Of a DNA stretch of 64,000 nt, positions 63,098 through 64,000 are shown in pieces; within the stretch, counting starts at the first letter, position 1, and every line of letters starts with the position of its first letter. The stretch is from an uncultured delta proteobacterium (lineage in GTDB: Bacteria > Myxococcota_A > Polyangia > Polyangiales > Polyangiaceae). The notes beneath the pieces are model-generated. The model saw only the letters and a list, made by a program, of their open reading frames with translations, had not been told where the DNA came from and ran no database searches. The translations under genes were made by a program, and so were the position numbers. The stretch lies in contig CAVQUB010000005.1 in assembly GCA_963716725.1 (NCBI GenBank), positions 384,001-448,000 of the forward strand, read 5' to 3'.

Positions 63098-64000
63098 ATG
63101 TCGCGACGCTCGAGGTTGGTGCTGGGGATTTCGGTGGCGACGATCGCCCTCGCGCAGGCTTGCAGCTGTAGCGACGAGGGCGAAGAGGCATCGAACGTCC
63201 CGGGGACGGGCGGCCAAGGGACCGGGGGCAGCGCAGGTGACGCCAGTCAGGAGGGGCTCATCTTCCCGGATGGTAACCCCGGCGAGGTCAGCGTCACCTG
63301 TCCGGGTGGCTGCCCCGAGGGGCAGATCTGCATCAACGGGTTCTGCGTCACGCAGACCGCATGCACCGACGACAATGACTGCAAGAACGACACTTATTGC
63401 GAGCCCGGGACCGGGTGCGTTCCGTGGGGGCAACCGCCGGGAAAAGACTTCGATCCCACCTGCCAGGTTGGTTTGCCTCCCGGAAACTTCGCTCCGGCCA
63501 TCAAGTGCGAGTTCTCATCGGCTCCGGCGGGTGATCCCTTTCCGAACCACAAGGACGTGCAGGCGACGCCCGTCGTCGTGAACTTCAACAAGGCCGGGCA
63601 AGGCCCGCCGAGCATCGTCTCGCCCTTCACGGCGACCGTGGTCAGCTCCTACACCGAGAACCAGGGCGTCGTGCGCGTACTGCGTGGCGACAACTGCCAG
63701 CTCGAAGCCAATCTGGGCGGTGGTCAGAGCGGGCACGCGGGCTTCCTCATCTCCTCATCGTCGGTCGCAGCCGGCGATCTGGACGGCGATGGCACGGCGG
63801 AGATCGTCGCCAACGCCGCTGATGGATCCCTGGTCGCGTTCACGCGCAAGGCTGGAGTCTGGGGCAAGCTCTGGCAGTCGCCCACCGGACTGGGCGGCGG
63901 ACAGTGGGCCGGGCCGGCCATCCACGATCTCGACGACGACGGCGTGCCCGAGGTCATCCGGCAAGGTGCGGTCCTCGACGGCACGACCGGCGCGTTGAAG
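63098..64000 (+). CDS. Large secreted lipoprotein with Gly-rich linker, Cys-rich repeats and FG-GAP/VCBS repeats (runs off window)
   Basis: MSRRSRLVLGISVATIALAQACSC, Cys-rich segment, GDLDGDGTAEIV and HDLDDDGVPEVI; open to the window end. Confidence 0.8.
   Translation, partial: MSRRSRLVLGISVATIALAQACSCSDEGEEASNVPGTGGQGTGGSAGDASQEGLIFPDGNPGEVSVTCPGGCPEGQICINGFCVTQTACTDDNDCKNDTYCEPGTGCVPWGQPPGKDFDPTCQVGLPPGNFAPAIKCEFSSAPAGDPFPNHKDVQATPVVVNFNKAGQGPPSIVSPFTATVVSSYTENQGVVRVLRGDNCQLEANLGGGQSGHAGFLISSSSVAAGDLDGDGTAEIVANAADGSLVAFTRKAGVWGKLWQSPTGLGGGQWAGPAIHDLDDDGVPEVIRQGAVLDGTTGALK

Overview
High-GC bacterial chromosomal window, most likely from a myxobacterium (Myxococcota, Polyangiaceae/Sorangiineae-like). 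This is inferred from four Hanks-type Ser/Thr kinases, a MYXO-CTERM-type tail, Cys-rich secreted proteins and a FliA-type sigma with no flagellar genes nearby. About 55 CDSs were called. They include a Pho locus (OprO/P-like porin, phoR, phoB) with two visible 11-bp-period Pho boxes, a putative RHH-antitoxin/nucleotidyltransferase toxin-antitoxin pair with a perfect operator palindrome, an ECF sigma/anti-sigma pair, lolC/E, cca, ftsH, tilS, mnmA, prs, lipB, an RlmD-RluA fusion, an HD-GYP regulator, an M23 peptidase, a pentose ABC transporter with FGGY kinase, and nuoJKLMN. The most interesting items are: (i) a heme-c-bearing outer-membrane barrel paired with a surface-sorted c-type cytochrome directly upstream of an isolated nuoJ-N block; (ii) the TA-like cassette; (iii) a kinase-hemerythrin fusion with an FNR-type box at about -41.5; (iv) a pervasive TAnnnT-(7-9 nt)-start leaderless architecture; (v) an ABC ATPase-like gene lacking all catalytic motifs; and (vi) an orphan T3SS inner-rod-like gene. 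At least nine genes carry frameshifts that look like sequencing or assembly indels. No rRNA, tRNA, CRISPR array or transposase was recognised. All calls come from motif reading by eye; no database searches were run.
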